Positions 49,028 to 58,676 of a stretch of 64,000 bases of DNA are shown here, piece after piece. The translations under genes and the position numbers were made by a program. Each line of letters begins with the position of its first letter. Position 1 is the stretch's first letter. The stretch covers positions 17,879 to 81,878 of the forward strand of contig CAZYPR010000003.1 of the NCBI GenBank assembly GCA_964649495.1, given 5' to 3'. The notes under the pieces are model-generated. The model saw only the letters and a program-made list of their open reading frames with translations, was not told where the DNA came from and ran no database searches. The stretch comes from an uncultured Clostridia bacterium (GTDB lineage: Bacteria; Acidobacteriota; Aminicenantia; JBFLYD01; JBBIMS01).

Positions 49028-49813
49028 ATGAGCTACTCAACAATACTATTTTTAAAAGAAAAATTTATAGGGAAAATAATTCTCAATCGACCTGAGATCC
49101 ACAATGCCTTTAACGATTTAATGATTTCAGAATTGAACTTTGCTCTTGACCAAATTGAAAGGGATTCAGAAATAAGAGTAGTTGTTATAACAGGAGCGGG
49201 TGAGTCCTTTTGTGCAGGAGCAGATCTAAACTGGATGAAAAGAGTGAAAGATTGGAGTTATGAGAGAAATTATGAGGATGCTTTGATGGTTGCTGAACTT
49301 ATGGAGAGGATATACACATTTCCAAAACCTTTAATAACAAGAGTTAATGGAACAACAATTGGTGGAGGGACAGGGATTGTTGCAGCATCAGATATTTCAA
49401 TTGCATCAGAAAATGCTATTTTTGGCCTTGCTGAAGTTAAAATAGGACTCGTTCCCTCAGTAATTTCTCCATATCTCATAAAGAGATGCGGTGAAAGAGT
49501 TTGTAGAGAAATTTTTTTAACAGGGGAAAGGATCTCTGCAAGAAAAGCTCTTGAATTTGGGCTTGTCAACTATGTGGTTCCGAAAGAAGAACTGGACAAA
49601 AAAGTGGAGGAAATCGTGAAGATGCTTCTAAGTAGTGGTCCCAATGCAATGAAGATGTGCAAGGAGCTTATTAAGAGAGTTTCGGAAACTCCAATTTCTG
49701 AAGTTAAATCTTACACTGCTGATATAATTGCTAAGATCAGGATAAGTGAAGAAGGGCAAGAAGGAATCTCTTCATTCCTTGAAAAAAGGAAACCCAAGTG
49801 GGTGAAGGAATAA
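49028..49813 (+). CDS. Enoyl-CoA hydratase/isomerase (crotonase), methylglutaconyl-CoA hydratase-like
   Basis: It has the crotonase oxyanion-hole region VVVITGAGESFCAGADLNWM and catalytic Glu positions (GGGTGIVAASDISIASENAIFGLAEV). It is 261 aa. Confidence 0.8.
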   Translation: MSYSTILFLKEKFIGKIILNRPEIHNAFNDLMISELNFALDQIERDSEIRVVVITGAGESFCAGADLNWMKRVKDWSYERNYEDALMVAELMERIYTFPKPLITRVNGTTIGGGTGIVAASDISIASENAIFGLAEVKIGLVPSVISPYLIKRCGERVCREIFLTGERISARKALEFGLVNYVVPKEELDKKVEEIVKMLLSSGPNAMKMCKELIKRVSETPISEVKSYTADIIAKIRISEEGQEGISSFLEKRKPKWVKE

Positions 49814-49816
49814 GCT

Positions 49817-50761
49817 TTAGAAGTCCTGTTCCTCTCCGCAATAGGGGCATTTTTTAACAACATTAGATATCAATCTTTTACAGTTCCAGCACTTTTTTTC
49901 TCTTTTTATTTCTCTCATCTTTATCCTTTCTTTTATATCTCTGATAGAATCTGAATGGACATCCTTCCCAAGAAATCTTTCTATCTCTTCAATAATTTCT
50001 GAAGCACTCTGGTATCTTTCTTGAGGATTTGCCTTTAATGCTTTCATACATATGTTTGAAATTTCCCTTGGAACAGAAGGATTAGCCTTGTGGAGTGGAG
50101 TTATCTTTCCTTCCCTTGCAAGCTTTTCAATAACAAAGGGATTTGCATCAAGGATTGGTGGTGCTCCTGTCAGCATTTCGTATAGAATACATCCCAAAGA
50201 ATAAATGTCTGAGACAAAGGAGGATTTTCCCGCAAACTGTTCTGGTGCCATATAAGGGGGTGAACCAATCCTTGTTGTTGCATAAGGAACCCCTTCTATC
50301 CATGTAGATGTTCCGAAATCACCTATTTTTGCAATACCATCTTTAGTTATTAAAATATTTGAAGGACGAAGATCTCTGTGAATAATTTTATGTTCATGGG
50401 CATGCTTAACACCAAGACATATCTGTCTGAAATAATTTAAAGCGGTAGAAAGAGAAAGTTTACCTTCCCTTTCTATTATTCTATGAAGAGACTCGCCATC
50501 AACATACTCCATAACAATAAAAAAGTAAGGGTCTATTTTCTCTGCAGTGATAACCTGAACAATATTTGGATGGGTGAGGGCTGCTTGAACCTGTGGTTCC
50601 TTTAAAAGGTTCATCAAATCTGTAGATTGTCTATGAGGAACTTTTAAAGCAACTTTTTTCTTTAACCAGAGATCCTGGGCAAGATAAACAGTTCCAAATC
50701 CACCTGTTCCGAGGACCTCAAGGATTACATATTTTCCTAATCTTTGTCCCTTTAAAAACAA
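49817..50761 (-). CDS. Hanks-type Ser/Thr protein kinase with a C-terminal zinc ribbon
   Basis: It has GTGGFGTVYLA...ALK (VAIK-like), HRDLRPSNILI, DFGTS and SPPYMAPE motifs. The tail CWNCKRLISNVVKKCPYCGEEQDF is a CxxC...CxxC ribbon. Confidence 0.8.
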   Translation of the reverse strand: MFLKGQRLGKYVILEVLGTGGFGTVYLAQDLWLKKKVALKVPHRQSTDLMNLLKEPQVQAALTHPNIVQVITAEKIDPYFFIVMEYVDGESLHRIIEREGKLSLSTALNYFRQICLGVKHAHEHKIIHRDLRPSNILITKDGIAKIGDFGTSTWIEGVPYATTRIGSPPYMAPEQFAGKSSFVSDIYSLGCILYEMLTGAPPILDANPFVIEKLAREGKITPLHKANPSVPREISNICMKALKANPQERYQSASEIIEEIERFLGKDVHSDSIRDIKERIKMREIKREKKCWNCKRLISNVVKKCPYCGEEQDF

Positions 50762-50762
50762 T

Positions 50763-51485
50763 CTAATTCCTCCAAAAAATATTAAAGAGGGTGAGAGCAG
50801 AGATTACAGCGGTTTCGCTTCTGAGGATATACTTCCCAAGGGAAACTGATTTGAAGCCATTATTCAGTATAACAATTTCTTCTTCCTTCTCCCATCCTCC
50901 CTCCGGTCCAAAGAGTAATACAGCGGATTTTGGTTTTTTAGCTAAAATTTCTTTTATAATTATATCTCCATTTTCGCTAAAGAGTAATTTTTCTCCTTCA
51001 AAAGAAATTCTTAAAAATTTTTCAAGCTCTAACGGAGGTTCTATTTTCGGAAGGTATAATCTTTTTGATTGTTTGAGTGCGTTTATTGCAACGGATCTCC
51101 AGTGCCTTAGCTTTGGTTCAATCCCTTCTTTTCTTATTATTTTTGACCTCTTTGAATGAATTAGGAATATTTGGTCCGTTCCAAGCTCAGTTCCTTTCTG
51201 GATAATAAAATCCATGGTTTCATTTTTTAAAATGGCTTGTGCAAGAATAACTGGGGGATTCTCCCTCTCTTCCCTTTTCCTTTCCAGTATTTTAACCTTT
51301 GTGCTTTTCCTTCCTATTGAAATCACCTCCCCAGTATATAAATTCCCCTCTCCATCGGTAAGGGAAATTTTCTCACCAATTCTTCCTCTCAAAACTTTAG
51401 AAAAATGTATGTGCTCTTCCTCTGAAAGGAAACAGACATCATTTTCTATTTTTTCAGGATAGATAAAGAATCTATTTGCAGTCAA
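50763..51485 (-). CDS. rsmE: 16S rRNA (uracil1498-N3)-methyltransferase
   Basis: It has a PUA-like N-terminus and the SPOUT C-terminus (LLFGPEGGWEKEE...LGKYILRSETAVISALTL). It is 240 aa and directly downstream of dnaJ. Confidence 0.7.
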   Translation of the reverse strand: MTANRFFIYPEKIENDVCFLSEEEHIHFSKVLRGRIGEKISLTDGEGNLYTGEVISIGRKSTKVKILERKREERENPPVILAQAILKNETMDFIIQKGTELGTDQIFLIHSKRSKIIRKEGIEPKLRHWRSVAINALKQSKRLYLPKIEPPLELEKFLRISFEGEKLLFSENGDIIIKEILAKKPKSAVLLFGPEGGWEKEEEIVILNNGFKSVSLGKYILRSETAVISALTLFNIFWRN

Positions 51486-51488
51486 TTT

Positions 51489-52607
51489 TTAATGGTATAT
51501 ATTTTTAATTTTTGATTTTATTTCTTCATAGTGCCGGGAACTTTCGTCTCCTCTTAATAATGCAAGCTGTTGAAGGAGTTTCTTCTCTTCCTTTGTAAGA
51601 TTTGTTGGAGTCACAACCTTTACTTTGACAAATAGATCCCCCCTTCTTGCACTTCCGAGGATTCTCATCCCCTTACCTTTTAACCTGAAAACAGTTCCTG
51701 TTTGAGTTTCCTCAGGAATTTTCAAATGTTCATCACCATCAAGAGTTGGTATTTTCAGCTCTGCTCCCAAGGCAGCCTGGGTAAATGTTATAGGTATTTC
51801 CATATACAAATTATCCCCCCTTCTTTCAAAAATAGGATGAGGAGCTATTCTTACAACAACATAAAGATCTCCTCTCCTTTCTCCAAATTCTCCCATTTCA
51901 CCTTCTCCCTGAATTCTCAGTTTAGCACCAGAGTCAATTCCAGCAGGAATCTTGATTTTTAGTGTTCTCTTCTCCTTTTTCTTCCCTGTTCCCCTGCATG
52001 CTTTGCATGGATTCTTTGCAATTTCTCCAGTGCCATTGCACTGGGGACATGTTCTCGATATGGAGAAAAAGCCCTGCTGATACCTTACATGACCCGAGCC
52101 ACCACATGTTGGGCATACTTCTCTCCTTGTCCCTTTCTCAACCCCTTCACCACCACAGACTGAACAGACTTCATCCCTCAAGACATCTATTTCCTTTTCC
52201 ACTCCCATGAACGCATCCTCAAGGAGAATTTCTATTTCAAGCCATATATCAGCTCCTGGCTTTGGTCTCCTTTTACCTCTCCTTGGTGAAAAGAAATCGA
52301 ATCCAAAAAAATTACCAAGTATATCTTCAAATTCTTGAAAAATTGAAGATGAGAATATATCAAAATCTGTAAATTGCTCACCCCTTAAACCAGAATGTCC
52401 GTAAGTGTCATAAATTCTTCTTTTTTCGGGATCGCCAAGAACAGAGTATGCTTCTGCTGCTTCTTTGAATTTTTCCTCTGCCTCTTTATTTCCAGGGTTT
52501 CTGTCAGGGTGATACTTTAATGCAAGATTTCTGTATGCCTTTTTTATCTCTTCTTGAGTTGCATTCCTTGGAACTCCTAAAATCTCGTAATAATCCTTCT
52601 TTTTCAT
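51489..52607 (-). CDS. dnaJ: Molecular chaperone DnaJ
   Basis: It has the J-domain ([33 protein letters not shown]), a G/F region and four CxxCxGxG zinc-finger repeats. Confidence 0.9.
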   Translation of the reverse strand: MKKKDYYEILGVPRNATQEEIKKAYRNLALKYHPDRNPGNKEAEEKFKEAAEAYSVLGDPEKRRIYDTYGHSGLRGEQFTDFDIFSSSIFQEFEDILGNFFGFDFFSPRRGKRRPKPGADIWLEIEILLEDAFMGVEKEIDVLRDEVCSVCGGEGVEKGTRREVCPTCGGSGHVRYQQGFFSISRTCPQCNGTGEIAKNPCKACRGTGKKKEKRTLKIKIPAGIDSGAKLRIQGEGEMGEFGERRGDLYVVVRIAPHPIFERRGDNLYMEIPITFTQAALGAELKIPTLDGDEHLKIPEETQTGTVFRLKGKGMRILGSARRGDLFVKVKVVTPTNLTKEEKKLLQQLALLRGDESSRHYEEIKSKIKNIYH

Positions 52608-52609
52608 AA

Positions 52610-54415
52610 TTAGAGCTTATTGGAAATAATTTTTGTTAGTTTTTCCTTAACCTCATTCAAGTCTGCCTGAAATTTCCTCATCTCATTGATATCATTTGTA
52701 TTTATTGCATTTTCAGCTCTTGAAATTAAAAGCCAGAGTTCTTCAATGTTAATATCCCTGAGCATATACGATGCTTTATTTAAAGACTCTTTTATTCCCC
52801 ATATTATTGCATCCAGTTCATCCCTGAGATGTTTCATTTCCATTTTTCTTCTGTCCTCTTCCCTGTATTTTTCCGCTTCTTCGATCATTCTCTCTATTTC
52901 CTGAGGTGTGAGTCCAGATGATGGTTCCACTACTATCTGTTGGGCTTGTCCAGTTCCCTTGTCAACTGCAGATACCTTGACTATTCCATTCGAGTCAATC
53001 TCAAAGGTCACATCTATCTGGGGAATCCCCTTTGGAGCGGGGAAAATATCTGTTAAATAGAAATAGCCGAGAGAACGGTTGGCAGACGCTATCTCCCTTT
53101 CTCCCTGTAGGACATGAATTTTAACAGTAGTCTGATTATCCTCCACTGTTGTGAATGTCATTGTTTTTCTAACGGGTATAGTTGTATTTCTTTCAATAAT
53201 TTTTACAAACTGGTCTCCCTTGGTTTCAACTCCAAGAGAGAGGGGGGTGACATCCAGAAGGACTATGTCATAAATTTCTCCACTCAAGATACTTCCTTGA
53301 ACCGAAGCCCCAATAGATACAACTTCATCGGGATTGATTGAAATATTGGGCTCCTTTCCGAAATATTCTCCCACAAGTTTTATTATCTTAGGCATCCTTG
53401 TTTGTCCACCAACGAGAATTACATCATCAATATCCAGTTTGGAAATTTTTGCATCTTTGATTGCTTTATCCAGTAAAGGAGGAATCCTTTCAAGGAGAGC
53501 CGAGACAGCATTCTCGAGTTCATCTCTTGTTATAACCCTTGTAAGATGCAATGGTTTTGAGTCAAGCTCTGCAATAAAAGGAAGGTTTATCTCTGCAGAA
53601 GCACTGTAGGATAGCTCTATTTTTGCCTTTTCACAGGCTTCTTTCAATCTCTGAAGCGATTCTCTCCTTTCTCTCAAATCAATATTGTAATTATTCTTGA
53701 ATTCATTGCAGATTAAATCTATTAAAATTTCGTCTATATCGTCACCTCCAAGAAATGAATCTCCAGCAGTGGAGAGGACATGGAAAACTCCCTTTCTTAT
53801 CTCAAGAATTGAAATATCAAATGTTCCACCACCGAGATCAAAAACCGCTATGAGCCCTTCCTTTTTCTTATGGAAACCGTAGGCGAGAGCAGCTGCAGTA
53901 GGCTCATTTATGATTCTAACAACCTCGAGACCCGCTATTGTTCCCGCATCCTTTGTTGCCTGCCTCTGGGCATCATCAAAATTTGCTGGAACAGTAATAA
54001 CAGCTTTTTTCACTTTCTCTCCAATGTAAGCTTCAGCACAATCTTTTAAATAGGAGAGAATCATAGCGGAGATTTCCTGTGGAGAGAACACCTTTTCTCC
54101 AACAAGTATTCTTACATCACCACTGGAAGACTCGGTTAATTTATAGCTAATTCTTCTCTGTAATTCTTGAACCTCAGAAGAATTGAATTTTCTTCCCATC
54201 AATCTCTTCACTGAGAAAACTGTATTTTCAGCATTTATAATTGCCTGCCTTTTTGCAGAGATTCCGATTAGCCTTTCCCCAGAAGGAGTAAAAGCAATTA
54301 TAGAAGGTGTTGTTCTTGAGCCTTCAAAATTTGGAATAACATTTACCTTTCCACTTTCAATAAACGATATGCAGGAATTTGTTGTTCCTAAATCAATCCC
54401 CACTATCTTTTCCAT
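52610..54415 (-). CDS. dnaK: Molecular chaperone DnaK (Hsp70)
   Basis: It has [26 protein letters not shown] and [13 protein letters not shown]. The likely start is the ATG at 54415 ([10 protein letters not shown]). The ORF track start at 54463 is a TTG that extends into grpE. Confidence 0.9.
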   Translation of the reverse strand: MEKIVGIDLGTTNSCISFIESGKVNVIPNFEGSRTTPSIIAFTPSGERLIGISAKRQAIINAENTVFSVKRLMGRKFNSSEVQELQRRISYKLTESSSGDVRILVGEKVFSPQEISAMILSYLKDCAEAYIGEKVKKAVITVPANFDDAQRQATKDAGTIAGLEVVRIINEPTAAALAYGFHKKKEGLIAVFDLGGGTFDISILEIRKGVFHVLSTAGDSFLGGDDIDEILIDLICNEFKNNYNIDLRERRESLQRLKEACEKAKIELSYSASAEINLPFIAELDSKPLHLTRVITRDELENAVSALLERIPPLLDKAIKDAKISKLDIDDVILVGGQTRMPKIIKLVGEYFGKEPNISINPDEVVSIGASVQGSILSGEIYDIVLLDVTPLSLGVETKGDQFVKIIERNTTIPVRKTMTFTTVEDNQTTVKIHVLQGEREIASANRSLGYFYLTDIFPAPKGIPQIDVTFEIDSNGIVKVSAVDKGTGQAQQIVVEPSSGLTPQEIERMIEEAEKYREEDRRKMEMKHLRDELDAIIWGIKESLNKASYMLRDINIEELWLLISRAENAINTNDINEMRKFQADLNEVKEKLTKIISNKL

Positions 54416-54998
54416 TCCCTCTCTCCCTTGATAAATTCTGGCTCTTCTCCACAGGGACTGCAACCCTTACTAAGGAAGGTCTCAAAAGCTTCTCATTTAG
54501 AAGATAACCTTTCTGAAATTCCTCAATTACTATGGGTCTATCCACTTCCTCTGAATCAACCTTGAAAATAGCCTCATGATAAAAAGGATTGAACTCTGCA
54601 CCTACTGCCTCTATAGGCTTCAAGCCAAACCTAAAAAGGATTTCTTTAAAATTCTTATATATTAGTTCTATCCCCTTTCTGAATGCTTCATTTTGTTCTG
54701 TCGGATTGGAAATAGCCCTCTCAAAGTCATCAATAATAGGAAGAAGTGCAAGGATAACCTCTGATAGAACTACATTGTAGAACTCTCTCTTTTCTTTTTC
54801 GGTTCTTTTGCGTAGATTATCTATATCAGCGATAGCCCTTAAATATCTTTTGTAAATTTCATCTTTTTCTTTTTTCAGTTCTTCAATACTATTTTTTAAT
54901 AGTTCTATACTTTCCTCCTCAAATAATTCCTTCTTTTCTTTCGTTTCAATTTGTTCGTTTTTTATCTCTTCTGACTTATCTTCTCTTTCTTCATCCAT
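54393..54998 (-). CDS. grpE: Nucleotide exchange factor GrpE
   Basis: It has a long coiled-coil N-terminus and the C-terminal GrpE core (...YKRYLRAIADIDNLRKR...VLPVIDDF...). It is 201 aa. Confidence 0.85.
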   Translation of the reverse strand: MDEEREDKSEEIKNEQIETKEKKELFEEESIELLKNSIEELKKEKDEIYKRYLRAIADIDNLRKRTEKEKREFYNVVLSEVILALLPIIDDFERAISNPTEQNEAFRKGIELIYKNFKEILFRFGLKPIEAVGAEFNPFYHEAIFKVDSEEVDRPIVIEEFQKGYLLNEKLLRPSLVRVAVPVEKSQNLSRERGNGKDSGD

Positions 54999-55013
54999 TT
55001 AAAACCTCCATAA

Positions 55014-56024
55014 TTAAGAGAAAACCTGAGAAAGAAATTTTGCAGTTCCATCTACAAGGGGTATGGTCAGTTTGTAAAACATTCTCCTTGAGCCTATTAT
55101 TCCCACTGACCCTGCAATGTTCTCTCCTGTTTTCAACCCTGAGATAACGAAGGAGCATGTTGGTAAAGGGAAAGCATCTATTTCAGAACCAAATATAACC
55201 TTTGTTCCTTCACTGCATACCTGCTGTAGAAGCTTTAATAAAGCAGTTTTTTCTTCAAGGCTTTTCAATAGATTTTTCAAAGCATCTATATCAGGAAATT
55301 CAGGTTTTCCTAAAAGGTTTTCATGTCCTTGCATATGAACATCTATTTTTTCTTCCCTTTCCTCCTCAATTTTATGGAAGAAATTAATGAATTTTTCCAG
55401 CAATCTTGCAAAATTTTTCCTTTCAGTGTTAATCTCTCTCAGCAAGGTCATTTTTACTGTATTGAGGGTTTGACCCGCAAATTTTTCCTGAATATAAGAG
55501 GAGAGTTTTAAGAGCTCCTCTTGAGTGAACCCCTCAGTATTTTTGAAAACTTTTGTTACTACCAGGTTTGAGGAACTCAGAAGAGTGAGAAGAATGGCGG
55601 AATTAGATATTTTTTCAAAATTTATATAATTGAATGTAATGAACTCAATTGGAGGAACCACAATAAAGCTCATGCAATCAGAAGTATCAGATAAGAATTT
55701 TGAGGTTCTCTCAAGTAAAGCATCAATCTCAAAAGGTGTATTGCCAATAAGCATTTCTCCAATTTCGTGGGGTTCCCTCATCTCCTCAAGGATTGATTCT
55801 GCATAAAATTTCAATCCTTTATCCGTAGGGATTCTTCCTGAAGCTACATGAGGCTGGAAGAGAAAATCTTCCTTTTCAAGCTTTGCCATTATATTTCTAA
55901 TTGTTGCTGGGCTTAGAGTGTAGCCAAGCTCACGGGCTATAAATTGAGATGAGACAGGAGCCCCTTCCTTTAAATAGGACTCAACTATCAATCTCAAAAT
56001 TGTCTCTACTCTTCTTTCCATCAT
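55014..56024 (-). CDS. hrcA: Heat-inducible transcription repressor HrcA
   Basis: It has an N-terminal winged-HTH (SSQFIARELGYTLSPATIRNIMAKLE) and a C-terminal HrcA domain. It is the first gene of the hrcA-grpE-dnaK-dnaJ operon. Confidence 0.85.
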   Translation of the reverse strand: MMERRVETILRLIVESYLKEGAPVSSQFIARELGYTLSPATIRNIMAKLEKEDFLFQPHVASGRIPTDKGLKFYAESILEEMREPHEIGEMLIGNTPFEIDALLERTSKFLSDTSDCMSFIVVPPIEFITFNYINFEKISNSAILLTLLSSSNLVVTKVFKNTEGFTQEELLKLSSYIQEKFAGQTLNTVKMTLLREINTERKNFARLLEKFINFFHKIEEEREEKIDVHMQGHENLLGKPEFPDIDALKNLLKSLEEKTALLKLLQQVCSEGTKVIFGSEIDAFPLPTCSFVISGLKTGENIAGSVGIIGSRRMFYKLTIPLVDGTAKFLSQVFS

Positions 56025-56032
56025 TTAATTAT

Positions 56033-56061
56033 TTTATACCAATAAAAAGTTTATTAGTCAA
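56033..56061 (-). promoter_or_regulatory. Sigma70-type promoter for hrcA (TTGACT-17-TATAAA); near-leaderless transcript
   Basis: On the minus strand, TTGACT (56061-56056), a 17-nt spacer, TATAAA (56038-56033), and then only 8 nt to the ATG at 56024. Confidence 0.35.
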
Positions 56062-56098
56062 GAAAAGACTGTAGAATAAAATCATTTTTATGATCCTG

Positions 56099-56127
56099 TT
56101 GACACCAGAATTTTTCAGAGGTATATT
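56099..56127 (+). promoter_or_regulatory. Sigma70-type promoter (TTGACA-17-TATATT) for the nuoE-like operon
   Basis: TTGACA sits at 56099-56104, followed by a 17-nt spacer and TATATT at 56122-56127. It is about 150 nt upstream of the ATG at 56282 and divergent from hrcA. Confidence 0.35.
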
Positions 56128-56281
56128 TAAGAATGACTAATATAATTTTTTCTGGAGGACTAATAAATGAAATATTTTCGGAATTATTCTATTATATCTT
56201 TACACTTAAAAGCCCTCTTTAGAAGAAATCCTTTAAGAAAAATTCTATAAAAATTAAAAATCATTTTTGAGGTGGTGTATT

Positions 56282-56830
56282 ATGGATAAAACAAAATCTC
56301 AAAAAGGAACAAAAAAATTATCCAAAAAAAGGACTGATAAGGATTCTGTTCCTGAATTTGTGGATGAATGTATTAAAAGGCAGGGAGGTCTCCTCATTCC
56401 TGTGCTTCAGGAGATCCAGGCACATTACCGCTATCTTCCAGAACAGGCTCTTAGGGAGGTTTCAAAGAAACTTGGGATTCCTTTGAGGGATGTTTACGGA
56501 GTAGCAACATTCTATAGAGCATTTGCTCTTACTCCCAGGGGTGAGCACGAGGTTACAATCTGTCTTGGAACTGCTTGCCATGTCAGAGGCGGAGCCAATA
56601 TAGTTAATACCCTCTCAACAGACCTTGGAATCTCTCCCGGACAGACAACCCCTGATGGAAAATTCACCCTTGAAACAGTTAACTGTCTTGGTTGCTGTGC
56701 AATCGGACCAATTGTAGTTGTTGACGGCGAATATCATGGGGAGATGAACTCCCAGAAAGCAAGAAAGTTGATTGAGAAATTAAAAAAGGAGGAGAAAAAT
56801 GCCAAAGCTAAAGTCTCCAAAAGAGCTTGA
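56282..56830 (+). CDS. NuoE/HoxE/HydC-like [2Fe-2S] thioredoxin-fold subunit of an NADH-dependent flavin oxidoreductase module
   Basis: It has the Cys ligands ...ICLGTACHVRGG...VNCLGCCAIGPIVVVDGEYHG. The likely start is the ATG at 56282 with a gaggtggtg RBS. Confidence 0.8.
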   Translation: MDKTKSQKGTKKLSKKRTDKDSVPEFVDECIKRQGGLLIPVLQEIQAHYRYLPEQALREVSKKLGIPLRDVYGVATFYRAFALTPRGEHEVTICLGTACHVRGGANIVNTLSTDLGISPGQTTPDGKFTLETVNCLGCCAIGPIVVVDGEYHGEMNSQKARKLIEKLKKEEKNAKAKVSKRA

Positions 56831-58676
56831 AAATTTAAGGAAGAAAATTCACGAGAAGAAGGATAGCACAAAAAAGATAATTTCAATTTCATCTGGGACA
56901 TGCGGAAGAGCAAGTGGCTCCCTTAAGATTGTTGATGCTTTTAAATCAGCTGTAAAAGGTCACGAGGAAAAGATTCAGCTCAAGGAGACAGGTTGCCATG
57001 GATTCTGCAGTGCAGAACCAAATGTTATAATCTTCCCTGAAGAGCTCTTTTACAGGAATCTTAAGCCTGAAGATGCTGAAAAAATTGTTTCCTCCATTCT
57101 AAAGGGGGAGATACTATATGAACTTACATATCAGGATAACGGGACAAGATTTCCCTATTTAAAGGAGATCCCTTTTTACAAAGACCAGAAAAGAGTTCTC
57201 CTCAACGACAATCCCCTTGTGGATCCAACAAGTATTGAAGATTACATTTCCCTTGGAGGTTATTCCTCTCTTTCCAAAGCTCTTTCTATGGAGCCAGATA
57301 AAATTATAGAAGAGATCAAAAAGTCGGGTCTCAGAGGCAGAGGTGGAGCAGGATTCCCAACAGGAAGGAAATGGGAAATTGTAAGGGAACAGAATAGCGA
57401 TGTTAAGTTCATAATCTGTAACGCTGACGAAGGAGATCCTGGCGCTTACATGGACAGAAGCCTTCTTGAAGGTAATCCTCACCTTGTAATTGAGGGAATG
57501 ATAATTGGTGGATATGCCATTGGTGCCACCCAGGGATGGATTTATGTAAGGGATGAGTATCCATTGGCGGTTCAGAATGTGACAAAGGCATTAGAGGATG
57601 CAAGAAAGTTAGGGTTTCTTGGAAAGAATATTCTTGGTTCATCCTTTAGTTTCGATATAAAGATTGCAAGAGGTGCGGGAGCCTTTGTTTGTGGTGAAGA
57701 AACAGCTCTGATTGCATCCATTGAAGGAAAGAGAGGAATTCCTCGACAGCGTCCTCCTTATCCCGCTCATAAGGGACTTTTTGGAAAACCTACCAACATT
57801 AACAATGTTGAGACATGGGGAAATGTAACAAGGATAATTGATAAGGGAGCTGATTGGTACTCAAGTATTGGGACTCAAGGCTCAAAAGGAACAAAGATAT
57901 TCTCTCTTGTTGGAAAAGTCAAAAACACAGGTCTTGTGGAAGTTCCCATGGGTATGAGCATTAATGAACTTGTTTTTAAAGTTGGAGGAGGTGCTCAGAA
58001 TGGTAAGAAAATAAAGGCTGTTCAGATTGGTGGACCTTCGGGAGGATGTATACCCTCAGAGCTCTTCCATTTACCTATTGATTACGAATCTCTTACCTCT
58101 GCAGGAGCAATAATGGGTTCAGGCGGAATGATTGTAATGGATGAGGACACCTGTATGGTAGATGTTGCAAGATACTTCACAAACTTCCTCCAGGATGAAT
58201 CCTGCGGAAAGTGTGTCTCCTGCAGGGAGGGAACCCAGAGAATGTATGAGATTTTAAAAGAGATTACAGAAGGAAGAGGAACTGAAGAACATCTTACTCT
58301 TCTTGAAGAGCTTGGAACAATTGTTAAGGATGCTTCCATGTGCGGACTTGGGCAGACCGCTCCTAATCCAGTTCTTTCTACCCTTAGGTATTTCAGGCAT
58401 GAGTATGAAGCTCACATTAAAGAAAAAAGATGTCCCGCCTTAGTATGCAAGGAACTAGTTCATTATTATATCCTTCCTGACAAATGTGTTGGTTGTCTTC
58501 TCTGTCTAAAATCCTGCCCTTCAGGAGCTATCTCTGGCGAGTTGAAGAAGGTTCATGTAATTGATGATTATAAATGTATTAAATGTGGGATCTGTATGGA
58601 GGTGTGCCCTGAGAAAGTAAGGGCTGTGATTAAGTACTCAGGTGAAAGACCTGAAAAGGAGGAGAGAAATGGCTAA
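56799..58676 (+). CDS. NuoF/HydB-like NADH-binding flavoprotein subunit (FMN, N-terminal [2Fe-2S] thioredoxin-like domain, C-terminal 2x[4Fe-4S])
   Basis: It has GRGGAGFPTGRKWE (NADH/FMN site), the SLBB and 4Fe-4S region ...ESCGKCVSCREGT..., and the C-terminal ferredoxin CVGCLLCLKSCP...CIKCGICMEVCP. The N-terminal extension carries SSGTCGRASGS...GCHGFCS. This is the architecture of HydB/HndC-type subunits. Confidence 0.85.
   Translation: MPKLKSPKELENLRKKIHEKKDSTKKIISISSGTCGRASGSLKIVDAFKSAVKGHEEKIQLKETGCHGFCSAEPNVIIFPEELFYRNLKPEDAEKIVSSILKGEILYELTYQDNGTRFPYLKEIPFYKDQKRVLLNDNPLVDPTSIEDYISLGGYSSLSKALSMEPDKIIEEIKKSGLRGRGGAGFPTGRKWEIVREQNSDVKFIICNADEGDPGAYMDRSLLEGNPHLVIEGMIIGGYAIGATQGWIYVRDEYPLAVQNVTKALEDARKLGFLGKNILGSSFSFDIKIARGAGAFVCGEETALIASIEGKRGIPRQRPPYPAHKGLFGKPTNINNVETWGNVTRIIDKGADWYSSIGTQGSKGTKIFSLVGKVKNTGLVEVPMGMSINELVFKVGGGAQNGKKIKAVQIGGPSGGCIPSELFHLPIDYESLTSAGAIMGSGGMIVMDEDTCMVDVARYFTNFLQDESCGKCVSCREGTQRMYEILKEITEGRGTEEHLTLLEELGTIVKDASMCGLGQTAPNPVLSTLRYFRHEYEAHIKEKRCPALVCKELVHYYILPDKCVGCLLCLKSCPSGAISGELKKVHVIDDYKCIKCGICMEVCPEKVRAVIKYSGERPEKEERNG

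Noticed and set aside
56025-56281. Expected CIRCE operator (TTAGCACTC-N9-GAGTGCTAA) upstream of hrcA
   Set aside because: It was searched for on both strands. No GAGTG or CACTC core is present, and only weak partial palindromes around TTATTAGTC were found. It is therefore not annotated.
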